DNA of 64,000 nt from the IMG/VR virus record IMGVR_UViG_3300031867_000003, positions 64,001 to 128,000 of that record. The stretch is one strand, 5' to 3'. Within the stretch, counting starts at the first letter, position 1. Every line of letters begins with the position of its first letter. Under the pieces are notes generated by a model. The model searched no databases and was not told the origin of the DNA. It saw only the letters and a program-made list of their open reading frames with translations. Shown here in pieces: positions 43,813 through 57,806 of the stretch. This DNA is from a virus. Taxonomy: Duplodnaviria > Caudoviricetes. The translations under genes were made by a program, and so were the position numbers.

Positions 43813-46800
43813 TTAATTAAATACAAAATCCAAACAACCCAGTGTTTTGTTCATTATAAGGCTGCACGATCCATCAATATTAGTACCACTTGTTCCGATG
43901 GATACCTCGCCGTTAAATGCAGCATTGCCGGCATTATCAACAGAAGCAACCGTTGCACCTGCCGTATTATTTTTTAATATCCAACCGCGATTATCCGCTC
44001 CGCTCATATAACTATAAATTGCCCAATCGCCTTGAACGTGACCATGTTTGCCACCATTAGATGTTTGTCTCATTGCAATACCATAAGCAGTAGGAGCGGT
44101 ACCATATAGTGCTATTCCTCCGGCGGCGCCGGAATTTCCGGAATTTGCCGCTATATAACTGCTTGTCGCAAAACTCGTCCCCGTAACCGCTCCGGTAAAT
44201 TCTCCGCCGGTTTTAGGAACGGCATAATTACTATAATTACTATTGTCGAGCAATATTTTCCAAGCATTCCAGTTAGCAGTATCGGATGAACCGGAATCAT
44301 TCTGTCTCCATTGAAGGACACCATTGTTGGCAATAAGCTGCCATTTATCATTGCTGCTTCCGACTTGAAGACCGACCCAGTCAAGTCCAGCCCATGGAGT
44401 CCCACTTCCGGCAAATGAGAACGTACCGGCTGTGTTGTTAATGGTTGTTGCATCAACGACATGATTAGCTAAGTAATCGGCATTTGTTGCTTTTGTCGCA
44501 GACGTAGCTGTAGTAGCAGTAGTAGCATTCCCCGTTACGTCGCCGACTAAATTTGTCGCATAAATATTTGACCATTTTTTAGATGAAGTTCCTAAATCAT
44601 AAGTATTATCTGTATTCGGAGTGATTGACCGATGAATGGGATCATCAATTCCTCTTGACATATGCGTCATTCTTGTACCTATACCACCATAATTAACAAT
44701 ACCAATTTGTGCAATTCTATTCTATGCATTAATAGCCCATCCACTTAATACAATCCTTATTCTATTAAAACCGGTAACAGATGTTCCACTTGCATTGGTA
44801 GAATTATGAGAGAATCTGACCATCCAGTGACCAAATACATTATTGGTAATCGATCCTTTCTATACGTAAGCCGACTCTGTTGCAGAATTATATACCAAGA
44901 ACTATATATTTTTTGCTCTCCAATTAGCAGATCCGAAATCTATATAGAATGTATTGCTATAAGTATAAGTCTACGGGCATGTGATATCAATAACCGTTGT
45001 TTCTGTTTGTGGACGATTAATTCCGACATATGTTGGGCTACCATCAAACGCATTGGTCAAATTAATAGAAATAGGCGTTTTATCGATTGATAACGGGGTA
45101 AATGACGTTGCCGTGGTCGAATACATCTCATATGAACCGCCTCGTTCATCAAGATATGCTAAATCATTAAATAAAAACGGCAATATAACACTCTCGGTAT
45201 CTTCCGGCTATAAGCTCAAATATGTTGTTTTTTCCGGTACGCCGTTATTAAAATAAACCGGTGTTCCCCATGAGCCGGCACTTGTACTTAACTTCGTCGC
45301 GGTTGTGGCGGTGGTTGCAGTAGTAGCATTGCCTGATATATTAATACCCCAAGTCCCGGTTGCCCCGGTGCCGTCAAGTTTAGGAGCATAAGTATTATAG
45401 TTATGGGAATCTAACAAATATTGCCATTCGCCCCAGTCAGAAGAATTTGCAACACCATCAATAGTGGCGCTTGCAGCACCTCTAATCATAGCTTGTGGTG
45501 TTTTTGTGTGCTATACATAAAACTGTGATCCCCATCCACCATTGTCCCAACCAAATGTCAAAATACATCCGTCTCCAGCCGGCGGTTTATGAGTTGTCAT
45601 AGAGGATGATGCAAGAGCAAATGTCACCTTACTTAACTAAGTGCTATTCTATATATCGGCAGAAGCAAGTCTACCAAGTGACGTTATTTTTTTTGTGGTA
45701 GTCGCTACACTCCATCCAGCTTGTGAACTTGCTGTACCGGTTGTATCGCCGGTAAGCGTAACCGCCTACGCACTCGCAAACTTTGTGGCTGTCCCGGCAT
45801 TACCGGTAATAGTAGTTATGCTCGGTAATGTTAGTTTATTAGTTCCCGTTGCGGTAATATGACCATTGATATCATATGTTACGGTTGGTACCGTAAAACT
45901 TCCGCCGTTAGTTAATGTGGTATTGTTTGCCGTACCTTGTGCAGTTCCGCCGGCAGTAAGTTGGTTCGTATGTTTGATGGTGGCTATACCACTTGAAATA
46001 GTAACATTAATACCGCCATTAGTAGCACCACGAATAGTATCGGCACCGACAGTACCAATGTCTGATACGGTAATTGAATCAAGCTTAGCTTTGTCTTCTT
46101 TACTCATCCAACCATTTGCTCCGTCGGTTGCGCAATCCGAAATTTCTGCTTGAGTAAATGTTACTGCACCGTCCCATTTGACGGCGGTTTTCTTCGTCTT
46201 ACCGATGGTAAAATCACGTCCGGTAGTTAGAGAACCGGCAGTTCCGGCACTTCCGGTAACAGATATCCCCCAAGTACCGGATGCACCGGTACCGGCTTTT
46301 GTTACAGTATAATCAGTATAATTACCTGACGTTAAAAACTTATTCCAAGAACTCCAAGAATTTGAAGAACCATCGTAAAACCGTATCCATTTAGTTCCGT
46401 TAGATGCTAATTCTTGTGTTACATGACCACCGGCAGAAGCATAAGTTACCATGCCAAACTAGCGCCCAGCATTTGTATCCGGAGTAGTTTTTGAATTTGC
46501 TGGATTATTAGATACATTATTGCTTCCAAGGGCATAATAATACAACGTTTTTTGAACCGTACGATAATCATTCAAATCCTAATTAGTTAATGCCGTTGGA
46601 GTTATTGAAGTTGCTGCATCAGCATTTGTAGCAGAAGTAGCAGTCGCGGCATTGCCGGTAATACTGATTCCCCATGTACCGGTTGCACCAGTACCGGCTT
46701 TGGAAGGAGCGTAGATATTATAATTATTCGAGTCAAGTACAGTTAGCCAGGTTTCGTCCCATGAGGTACTATTATTACCTCGAATATATATATGAGGGGT

Positions 46801-49800
46801 AGTATCAATTTTTATAGCTAACTATGCTCCCCATCTACCGCTATCCCATGCAAAATTTAATATTCCACCGTCTATAGGTGGTTTTCCTTGTGTCATTGAT
46901 GAGGAAGAGTAAAAATATGAAATCTTACTTTTATAATCGGCTGAAGTATTATCTACATTTGCACTTTCTAATCTGCCCAGGCTAGTTAATTTCTTCGTTG
47001 TCGTCGCGACGCTCCACCCTGCCTAAGAACTTGCCGTACCGGTAGTATCACCGGTCAATGTTACTGACTGCGCACTGGTAAACTTAGTTGCACTGAGAAC
47101 ATTTTTGTTAGCATCAGCAGTGTTTTCAACATTATTGAGTCCCAAAGTAGTCTTTACATTGGCCGCGCTAATTGCTCTCAGCTCATATCCATTCCAAGCT
47201 GCGAACCATGGGGTCGCTGTCCAATTTGCTGTTAATCCCGATTTTGAGTAAGCAAATGTAGTAGCAGTACCATTACCACTATCAAATACCTTGGTTGAAC
47301 CCCCGGTAATATTACCGGTAAGATCTCCATATAATCCATTGGTGAATCTACCTGCGCCGGTTACAATAAGGTTGCCGGCAGTTAACTCTGTAACGCTTCC
47401 ACCGTCAGTTGTTATAAATTCATCAATATTATGGGTGACAATATCGCCTAATTTGCCCTAATACACATATCGAATATTAGAATTGGTATTATTAAATCTA
47501 CCATCCCAATACGCTAGTGTATTTGTGGTAATCAGTGTGTTATCAACATTCGCACCTGTCCATCCCAAATAACCTATAGCAGTGTTATTCCTAATCGCCC
47601 GTGTCTGAATAGCGTTGGAGCCGTTACCAATTAACACGGTTCCGGCAGTAAATGAAGTTGCTCCGGTTCCACCGTAACCGACGCCGATTGTGCCGACATT
47701 TACGGCGGCACTACCGTCAAATGATTTGTTGTTGATTGATAACGCATTGGTAACTTTATTAGCGGCGGTTGCCGTACCTGTTAATGTCCCCTTTACAATA
47801 AGATTACCATTGACCGTACCCCCGGTCGTAGATATATATTGCCCTTCGACATCACCAATTGCCGCATAGCGTTTATTTAATGGCTGACCTTGTTCATATA
47901 TACTGCCTTCATTATCAACACAGAAAAAGTATGTCCAACTAGAATCAAGCCCAGGCACAGAACTCCCGGTGTATTTTCTTCCGTAGAAGAATGATCTGTT
48001 GTATGTTGTAACCGCACTTTCGTTTTTTGTATAGCCATTAAAATCAGAGGGTATCTTCATACCGACATCATAAAACGTGTTTGTGTCATTATCCTTATAA
48101 TATGTGGACTGGCCATAATACTCGGAAGTACTCGCATATTTTCGCGTGGACACATAATTATCACTAACTTGCCAGTTTCCCGTTTGAAGATATGCATTCC
48201 CGGTACCGACAAGCGCAGCTTTAGTCCCTATATTGTAGTCATCAACTTGCTCAATGTTCCAGTACGAAGACTTACTGCCGAATCGACCCGCTGTACCATA
48301 TACCGTACCACTAAACCATGCCCCGGGAGTAACAGTCGTACCGCTTGGGGCTACCTAAATAACGCCGAAATTCGGTGTCCAAAAGTTACCGTTTGCCAAA
48401 TCGAGAAACGTACCCGCGATAGAATACGGAGAAGCCGTATCAGTATTGGCACGATAATTATTACTCATAATTGCGTCAGTAGCCAACTAACTTGATGTAA
48501 TTGTGTTGGTAGCTATCCAACCGCCCTAAATCGTTGTGGTATCTGATATAGCGCCGTTTGTCCATTTCTTAATCATGCCGATCGCATTTTTAGTAGTAGT
48601 TCCATTGTTAGTAGTCCAAACTACCGCATCGTATGCATAACCATACGGGTTGTCCAAAGTAGTAATAACTTCATATGCTGTTTTCGCCGGGTCGTATAAT
48701 CTGGCATCGACAATTGCCCCTTCGCTATGAGGCTCGACGAATTGTCCGATTACAACGTCGCGGTTTTCGTCCCATGACCAAGTACCGCCTACCGAACCCG
48801 GAGTGGGAGTCTCGGCATACTTCCAGCCCGAATCATACCAAACCATATAAAGATCGCCGGAATTTGCCGAAGCCGACGTCAATCTGACTACCAGATATAT
48901 TGTTTTATAGAACGGACAAACAGTGTTGGGATTAATCATAACTCTCGCAACATTAATTTTGCGCCCCTTCCAATATACGTAGCCGTTGACGTCCGCCGGC
49001 TCATTATCACTGTTGAAGCCGTGAATATAACACTCACCATTATTAAATGTTGAAAATGCAGAGTAATTTATTTTCATAGCCAACCCGGGGACAGAGCGAT
49101 CATTGGCCAAGTTCGCGGAACTCAGCGCCTCGTCTGCCGTGGAGTTTGCCGTATTCGCCGTGGATTCGATAGTATTGATTTTTGTTTGAGTGGTGTTGTC
49201 CAACATGTTGAAGCTGACATTGCCGATAAGGTCTACCTTGCCGGCAGAAATGGTGGCAGTTTCTGGCGATAAATTTATTTTTGAAATAACTTCATCAGCA
49301 CCGACTTTGCTACTAACCTAGAGTAGAATATTATCCGTAGTCTGTTTAATTTCGGATTTGGCAGTATTTACCACGTCATCCGCATATTTTTCCAGATCGC
49401 GCGGATTAATAGCGTACTCAGAAGCAGTAGTAGCTTTTTCTACCATTGCATAACCGTCATTATAACTTCGGTACGACATTCGCAGATAATTAACTCCTTC
49501 CGGAATTGTTATTTTATACATAAGATGCTCTTGTCCCTCGGCGGTTACTTCAACGCCGGAATTGGCATCATTTCCATATTTCGCAACACGGTTACCTACC
49601 GCAGTCCCGGAGTTATTGCTATAATATTGATAAGCAAGCCAGGAGTCACCGTCACTACCTACCGGGGTCACCCATGACTAGAGAATATAAGTTTCGCTTT
49701 CACGAACAGGGATAAACTACGAGGTTACTTCCTTATCAACCGCATGCTGTGTTACAACCGTTCCTCCTGTAGCAGCCAAATACCCGGGAACCTCGTCTGC

Positions 49801-50673
49801 AATTACGTACAAGTTATTGCCACCAATTCTAATACTGCCGATTGCCTTATCAACATCACTGAGTTTTGCATATGTAGAAGTAACTGTCTGTCGGAATGAA
49901 CTCGCGGTTTGCTCATTGGTAGTAACTGTATTTTTCAGAGTTTTGAATTCTTCGCCGTCTGCTTTGGTAGATAATTCAGATGATATATCGGAAACTGTCG
50001 AAGTAATCCCTGTAATATCCTATTCGGTTTGACTTACGCGACTTCTTATGTCGGCGCCGGTTGTACTGTCATATGCATTAATAGAAGAGCTAATATCGTC
50101 CTACCAGATTTTTTGCGTTATCTTTTTATTAATTTCGTCGGCAAGATTTATTAGTCCACTAATTGTAGAGCGGTGAACAGCGTCGGAATAAACCACGCTA
50201 CCGTCGCTCATCGTAAGTTCAACTCGCCCCCACAGATATTTATTCTCCGGGATTTCGTCAGGCTCCTCATATGACCATGAACCGCCGGTTACACTCGTTG
50301 AAGAGGTAGACACATACCATTGTTCCCGTTCGCGAGAAACAGTTGCGCCAGGGTCACCTTGGGTACCGTCCATACCCGATCTACTCACGTTATAAACAAT
50401 TGTAAATTGCCCATCGCTGTATATGGTGCGAGTTCTCGTCCACAACCATTCGCCCTCGGCAATAGTCGGTAATTCAGCGCTCCAACTACCCTGGGTGAGT
50501 ACCACGCCGTTTATGTCGGTAATAATATTGCCGTCTCCGTCCTTAAGCGGTGTTCCAGGTACAACCGTACCACTTGCGGATGTAGCATACTCAATTATTG
50601 AATCGACTACCGAATTCCCATCTTGTACATCAACCACAGACGTGGAACTCATTGCCAGTATTTTTGACATCAT
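43813..50673 (-). CDS. Very large tail fibre/host-specificity protein (~2286 aa in code 15)
   Basis: Eight ORF-track fragments share one frame; all but the last end at TAG; internal duplications. Confidence 0.8.
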
Positions 50674-50751
50674 GTGTCACCTCCTCTCTAAAATAAATGA
50701 ACATTATTTTATTATATTTCTCCATTTATATAAAACCTCCTTTTATGAGGT

Positions 50752-53244
50752 TTACTCATCCTAAGATACTTCACAAATAAATTGCATACGTCCGTTAATC
50801 ATGGTGGGATCGACATACTAAACTCTCCCTGTCTTCCACGGAGCCGCAGTATCCACAGAATCGCCGGCGTTATTGATTCGATAGTATGAATAAATATATT
50901 CATCATTGTCTACGGAAGTAGCGTTATTCCATTGCGTTCCATTGTACTTTTTGAGTGTACACGTTTTGTTAGTACTATCAAGATGATAATAAAAATCTCC
51001 GGAACTTGCTCCCGTGGGAGCAGTAGCTGAAAACGTTGTCGATTTAATTGGATCTACCTCAACACCGTTTCTGTATACTCTGGTATAAATAGCCCCAAAT
51101 CCTTGAGAGTTTTTAAACTCGGCGATTGTAGCATATGTATACGAAACGAGAGGATCTGTCACGTCATTAATGGTATAATACGCACTATATGTTCCACTAT
51201 TATAAGTAGCTTCACATTTAAGCCACATTTGATCGGTAACCATAGCCGGAGTGATTTCAATAGAACTTGCGGTCTAACCATCAATAGCCTCATATTTTCC
51301 TCTGGTAAATTGCTTCCAAACAAAAGTAGAAGAACTTGTTACGTCCGTTGTGCCGGAATATACAATGGCAGTAATGGTAGTATTTTTACCTTCCTCAACA
51401 TTACCGCCGTCTGCGCTATATAACTGAAGAAGTACAGCACTGGTACCATTGGCGGCTTGTTTACTTTTTGTCCAGGTGTATTTATAATCTATGCTCTTAG
51501 ATTCTGCAGCTAATGTAATAGTAATGTCCCCGGTCATAGTCGAAGAAGACCCAAATGTTGCGCCATTTGCTACCGTTAACTTCAGCATACCGTCTGCCTA
51601 GGCAGTTCCGGCAGTATTGCTTTTAACGCTAACCCCGGTCGGAAGAGTACCTACAGTTGCCGTAACCGGAACTCTTGTAATACCCTTGTATGCAAAAAAT
51701 GGGATTGATATCTCACGAGCGGCAGCAGCGTTACCGGAAGTATTACACGGAATAACATCTGCATAATTACCTAGCCCCATGTTTATTGCGTCAACGCCCG
51801 GGGTTCCGTCTTCTCCCGAAATTCCATCCTTGGTAATTACAACAGATTGGCTGTCAAGTTCTTGGGTCGTACCACCGGCTGCGTATAAAGTACATTTAAT
51901 CATTACAACATTATTTGCAGGTGTATAATTCAGAGACTCGGTTGAAGACATATTTGTATTACTTGTCTTTCTTACTGTAAACTATGTACCGTCAGTAGAA
52001 TCACTAATGATAAATCTTCCGGAATAATTGGTTCTTGCGTTAGTCCCGATTTTTTCGTATGCTGTAAATACAACCGTTGTCGGCGTAAAATTGCCACTTT
52101 CATCTAAATTTAATGTATAAGCATTAGGGATTACTTCATAAACAACAGCGTCTTTGCCATTCACGCCCGCATATTGTTTCTGAATAGTATATCGTTTGGT
52201 AATCTAACTATATCCGGTTCTTGTACATGTAAATTCAGCATAAGAAACATCAGTTGTAAATTCTGTCGGCGTGTAGGTGTGCGTAGAATTGTCATATGTG
52301 CCGGTTAAACCGCTACCATCTACCTTTGTAATTGTCCACTAATTTGTTATGTCCGTGCCACCCTCGTAAATATGGATTTGAGTAGATGAATTATCAAGAT
52401 TGACTACACCTTGTGCATTAACAGGAGCCGTATGATTTTCATTTGTTAAAATTGCCGTAACAGTTGCATTACCGGGAGCTCCATCCCTAATTTTTATAAT
52501 CTGAGCAAAATCATAGACTGTGTCGTCATTAGTAGTTAATTTTACCACTACGGCTTTATCGTTATTAATCCATACGTTTGCCATATTCGGCGTAATTGTT
52601 AATACCCCTGTTTGTTGATTAACGGCACTTGTAGGAAACGCCACAAAATCACCGTCTGAATTTTTATATTGCCACTGTTGCAATGAACAATTGGTTAATT
52701 CCGGTGTAAGTTCAATGCTTTGTGCGCCGACGAGATCCCCATTCGTATTATATAAAAAGGCATTATTTTCTAATAATATACCGGCATATTTCAATTCAGA
52801 CGCCATTGTTACAAGCGTATATGTTAATGATGTTTCTGCCTCAATCGGGACACCGGTATTTGGGTCTGTATAAACAATCTTACAAATATAAGTAAGCTAT
52901 CCGCTTGCAACAGAACTAAGTTTATTTGCTTTTACATTAAGAACGCCACTCACAACAGTTTCTCCGGTTGTCAGTGCGGTAGGTGTCCCGGTCCCTTCTT
53001 TTCTTGTATATGTAATAACTAATCCGGTAGCATTAAGCGCAAGACTTGTCCCATTGTAGGAAATTACCGGGGTTATTTTTAAGTTATTAGATGACCAATC
53101 GGGAGAATATACGCCATTGCCGCTATTCTGATTAGGGTCATAAATAACACTATTTGGCAAATTACTGGTGCAATAGAAGTTAATTTGGCCAACGTCGGTT
53201 AAGTCTACAACACTTACGCTAGAAAATGCTTGTATTTTAGCCAT
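50752..53244 (-). CDS. Minor tail/baseplate structural protein (830 aa in code 15)
   Basis: MAKIQAFSSVSVVDLTD; six in-frame fragments; 'LTNENHT', 'DG..G.DA' motifs. Confidence 0.8.
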
Positions 53245-53263
53245 ATTTCAATTTCCCTCCTTT

Positions 53264-56200
53264 TTAATCCGATTCAACGGTAATGTTTTCGTATTCAAAC
53301 TTACACTAAAAATCGGCGTTCTTTCTTACATCATTTGCCGTAATTGTGATAACTTTTGCCCCTATGCTGTGACGAGCATTCCAATAGGTATCTTCGTCCT
53401 AATCACGGCTTGTTCGTGTCCAAATGAAACATGACGCGTCATATTCATCAGTGACATCAACATTATTTCTTAATAATTTTACATTCAGCTGAATGTTTCC
53501 ACCCCATATGTTCGTCCCATACGGGGTTTCAATATATAAATCATAATTAGCCTTATTTTCTAAATCATAACGCAATGTGTCCAAGGCAGTAGTAGTGCCG
53601 TTTTTGAACTCTGTATATTCAACGCCAAAGCTTCCACCTCCGGTAGTAATCTGTTCTATGGACACTGTATCTCCCTATTTCATGATATTAAAACTGAGCT
53701 TATCTTCTGAAATAGTTCCGTCATGAATCATGTTATTTACAATCAAACCATCCGCGACTGCATCCGCCGTGATACCACTCGGCTCAATAATTGTCGCCCC
53801 ACTTTCATTTCTAAGTACTAAACTCGGCTGACCGTTTGTGGCATAGCCAAGCTATACACCGACATAATCATTGCCCTGTGAATCCGTGCCGAGAATTTGG
53901 AGTGCCTACCCGTTCATAATCATTTTACCATTCTCAGACAGTATCCGCATTTGGTCGCTGACAGTAATATCCCCAGCCGCAAGATCGCTGACTGTAATTT
54001 TTCCAGCCACAGCATCATAAATATAAGCGTCTGTAATTGTACTGGTTGCCGCGGTAGAAGAGAGTGCCTGCAAACTTTTAATAAAAGCATTGCCGACATA
54101 TTCACTTTCTATATTTGCGACATCAATTGTGGCAAGTTTTGCTTTAAGATCTTCGACTCTAATTTCAGACGCAACAACCAATGTACTCTGAAGATATTCA
54201 ATAAATGCGGTATCGGCGGTAAGGCGCTCAACGTCCGCTTCCGTTGCAGATAATAATGCAGTAATTACCGCGTTAGCACTGACAGTACCGGCCTAGATAT
54301 ATGGTGCAATCAACTCAGCGAATTCCGCATAGTCACCTTTAATTTGACTGACATCAATGTCGGAAGCACTAATCTTTCTGGCTACTACCTAATCTATCGT
54401 CGCCGAGCCGGCCTCTAATATGTTGGTAGACAACTGGTCGAAATCAGCACTCTATGCCTGAAGCAATTTGGTGACAATCATATCGCTTTCAAGGTACTTC
54501 GTAATTACTTCATCAAATTTACCGGTTTGAGCGTTAAGTAGAACAGTAGTAATGGAATCGGCACTCAACCTACCGGAAAATAATTCATCAAACTATGCCT
54601 ATGTTCCGGTTATATGATCGACCTATATGTTAGTATTGCCCATATAGGTAGAAATTAAATTATTAACCTCAGCAGTATTTGTTCCGCCGACAACAGACAT
54701 TGCCTGACTTCTTACCGCATTGGTAAATAAGCCGGATTTTGTCATCCAGGTAAGTAAGGTTGTCGCATATTCTTCATCGCTTTTAGAAGCTCCGGTTCCT
54801 AACGAAATACTGTTTTTTTGGCCTCTGTTATTCTCATCATCAATTATCTGAGTAAAATCATTACGCCCGCTACGGGATGTTATCATAGATGAGAATACCA
54901 GCGTAAGATTTTCATCTACTTCGCACGGATTATATTCGATTTCAATGATTCTTAATTTTACACTAAAATCATCGCGGATTCCCAAACGAATAAATCTCAT
55001 TAGCCGTAAATCTTCCGTCCAGTCAGCGAACTCGGGAATGCGCAGTAAATTATCCAAACTCACACTGAACTGATATTGTGGACGAGCAACTTCCGACAAC
55101 TTGTCCACAGCATCTTTGTATAACTCATAACTACGATCCACTAAGGCATCGGCATTATCGAGAGAAGTAGATAATATATTAGAGTTGGTGTAATCCGTGT
55201 CAATAAATAATGTTCTGATATAATTCTTTTCGTCCTCGGTGAAATCCTCACATGTATCCAGATTATTAGCAATATTGGCATCTCTGATGTAGCCTTCAAC
55301 TTCGGCGAGTGCGTCTTGAAGATTTTTTATTCTGTCCTCGAGAAGGGTTTTTCTTTCTTTCATTTGTTTAATCATTTTTTGGATATGAACATAATCATTT
55401 CGACCCTAAATATTATAAGCTTCTTCTGTAACATAATTAAGCTTTTCTTGCTTGGTCATCTGAGTTTTCCAATCCTTGGAGAAATGATTAAGCGCCGGTA
55501 ATTTATCCTCTTCGTAGTTTTTAAGCTTGCCATCAAGTTCATATAAACCATACAGCTCCCAGTTCTCTTCGCTTTCTGTGCCAAATCGGATTTTCTGATC
55601 ACTCGGCACATTTATATTGATCATTGCCTATTTAATGTATGGAATTACATATGTAACAAGTTCAATGTAGGCATAAAGTCCTCCGGTGTTTGTAGTATCT
55701 AGTTTATTTAAGTACCAATCATGATCTACTTCCTCAGAACCGTCCTTTTTCTTAGGAATATAATTATGATTTTTATCATATTTTTCCGAATCCTCTCGGT
55801 CGTCTACCGAAGATTGGATGGCAGCCAACTATGCTTCACTTAAAACAAGATTTTCTTTCAGTCCTTCATAACTCATGTTATCCCATTGCTTCCAATAGGT
55901 ATTATCACTCGGAACATGATACTACAACTCATCAATTTGCCGGTTGAGTTCCGCTGCTCGTTTTTCATCTCTAACAAACTATTCCCTGTACGTGTCACGG
56001 CGATGTATCCACTAATTTATTTTATCAACTAATTCTTGTTCCATATATGGTTCGCCGAGGAAGTACGACAAATCAAAACATTGCTCCTCACCATAATTGG
56101 CGTTAGTAATCATTAGATCATTGTCACCGCGAACTCTGAATCTTGTAAATACACTGTCTTCATTAACAGTAATATCAACATTGTTCGCCAGATTTCGGTA

Positions 56201-56890
56201 GCCAATAAATATGTTGGTGTCGAAATCAAGATTCTCTTTTCCGTACGCGTTAACTGTTCGATTAAGATAATCAAAAATAAATATCAATCCTAGTCTGGGG
56301 GCGACAGTATTGGTCATTATTGAATATATATTTGCATTATCAACTTCAATAATTGGAATTTGCATTTTATATAAGCCATAATCAATATGTCCAATGCTCC
56401 AGTATGGGAGTTTTGTCAACATCAGATGAACAAAAGATAACTCCGGATTGTCCGGATTATAAAATGTAACAAAATTTTTAGCCACGCCAAGTTCATTTAT
56501 ATTGTCGGTAGCTAACATTTCGAGGCTGTCTTCTTTACCGCAATTAATCTTTAGTCCAACCCAATCCTTTTGTTCAAACTCTTTTTCCAGCGAATAAGCC
56601 TGGATTTCTTTATATTCGTAATTGCCGTCATTATGGACCGTCGGTTCCTATATTTGGAAAAATCCAATCCCTTCGAGGAGTAAATACATATAAACCTTGA
56701 GGTCTTCATATCCATTAGACTCGACCAATTCGCCGTCTATGGACAAATAACGGTCTACACTAAATGTCAGTTCATCATAATCTTTTACATACTGATGAAG
56801 AGTTACAGAATCTGTTTGCAAACCGTTCAATACGGTTCTGATTTTTAAATCGGGAGTACACAAGTATATTTTTTTGACATCCTAAATCAT
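53264..56890 (-). CDS. Tail tip/Tal-like protein (1208 aa in code 15; third codon is TAG)
   Basis: ATGA coupled to the Dit stop; ATG ATT TAG GAT; seven in-frame fragments; 'LSEVARPQYQFSV', 'IIEIEYNP'. Confidence 0.8.
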
Positions 56891-57738
56891 ACCAACCATC
56901 CCCCGGCAATTTTAACAGGAGAGTCATACTCTAATTTTATTGTAATATCTCCATGTACGCCAATTAAATTTCTGCCCGGTTTAAGCCTAAACCAATAAAT
57001 ATTATCAACATCTTCCCATCCCAGTTCCCTAAAATGGAGAGTTCCTGACTAATCTGAAGCAATACAATGATGACAATCAAAATAATATTTAACATGGCGA
57101 GAGGTCGTCACACTCATGGTATTCCCTCTATCGGTAACATTAGTTAACTTAAATGACGGATTGCTATTTAAATCTGCACAATATATCTCAAATTTTGGAT
57201 ACACCCATTCTTCCAATTCATCAGAAGCACAATCAACAGTGAAGCTCCAGTTTGGTAGTCCATCTGTGTCATCAACCGCACTATTCGGGGGTGGTGATAA
57301 ATTCATTATATGATGTTCATATGCATACGAACCATTAACCGAAAATGTAAAATCCATAGCATAAAAACCGTCATCAATCGGATACCACTGAGTCGTGGTA
57401 AATTTTCCATAGTATTTATATCGAACCACGCCATTACAATCTGTAATCTGAATAGGCAATGAAAATTTCGGTGAGGTCAACCACCGTTCTACGGCGATTT
57501 GCTCGGCGTATGTAAACATGGTTGTATCGGATTTAATAAGAGAATATGTGAATTCTAAATGTTCAGCTATTGTGCCGTACTCATTAACAAATGGGCGGCT
57601 AATAGTCGGTTCGCCACCCATAAGAGTACGCGTTACTCCCTGGACACTGCTTACGGCGCCGTCGGTGGAGCAGAGCAGTAGTTCTACATTTGGCAGAATA
57701 TTAGATGTTGACTTCCCATTATAAATAAAACCGGCCAT
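56887..57738 (-). CDS. Distal tail protein (Dit-like), 1 TAG
   Basis: Directly after the tape measure; 'MAGFIYNGKS...RWLTSP...WFRLKPGRN'. Confidence 0.8.
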
Positions 57739-57760
57739 ATTTCCCCTCCCTTCTATTATT

Positions 57761-57800
57761 AAAAAGGAGGCTGCTGACTAAAGTTAGTCAAACAGCCCCC
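57761..57800 (-). terminator. Terminator-like hairpin after the tape-measure gene
   Basis: Minus strand GGGGGCTG-TTTGACTAACTTTAGTCAG-CAGCCTCC-TTTTT. Confidence 0.6.
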
Positions 57801-57806
57801 GGTTAA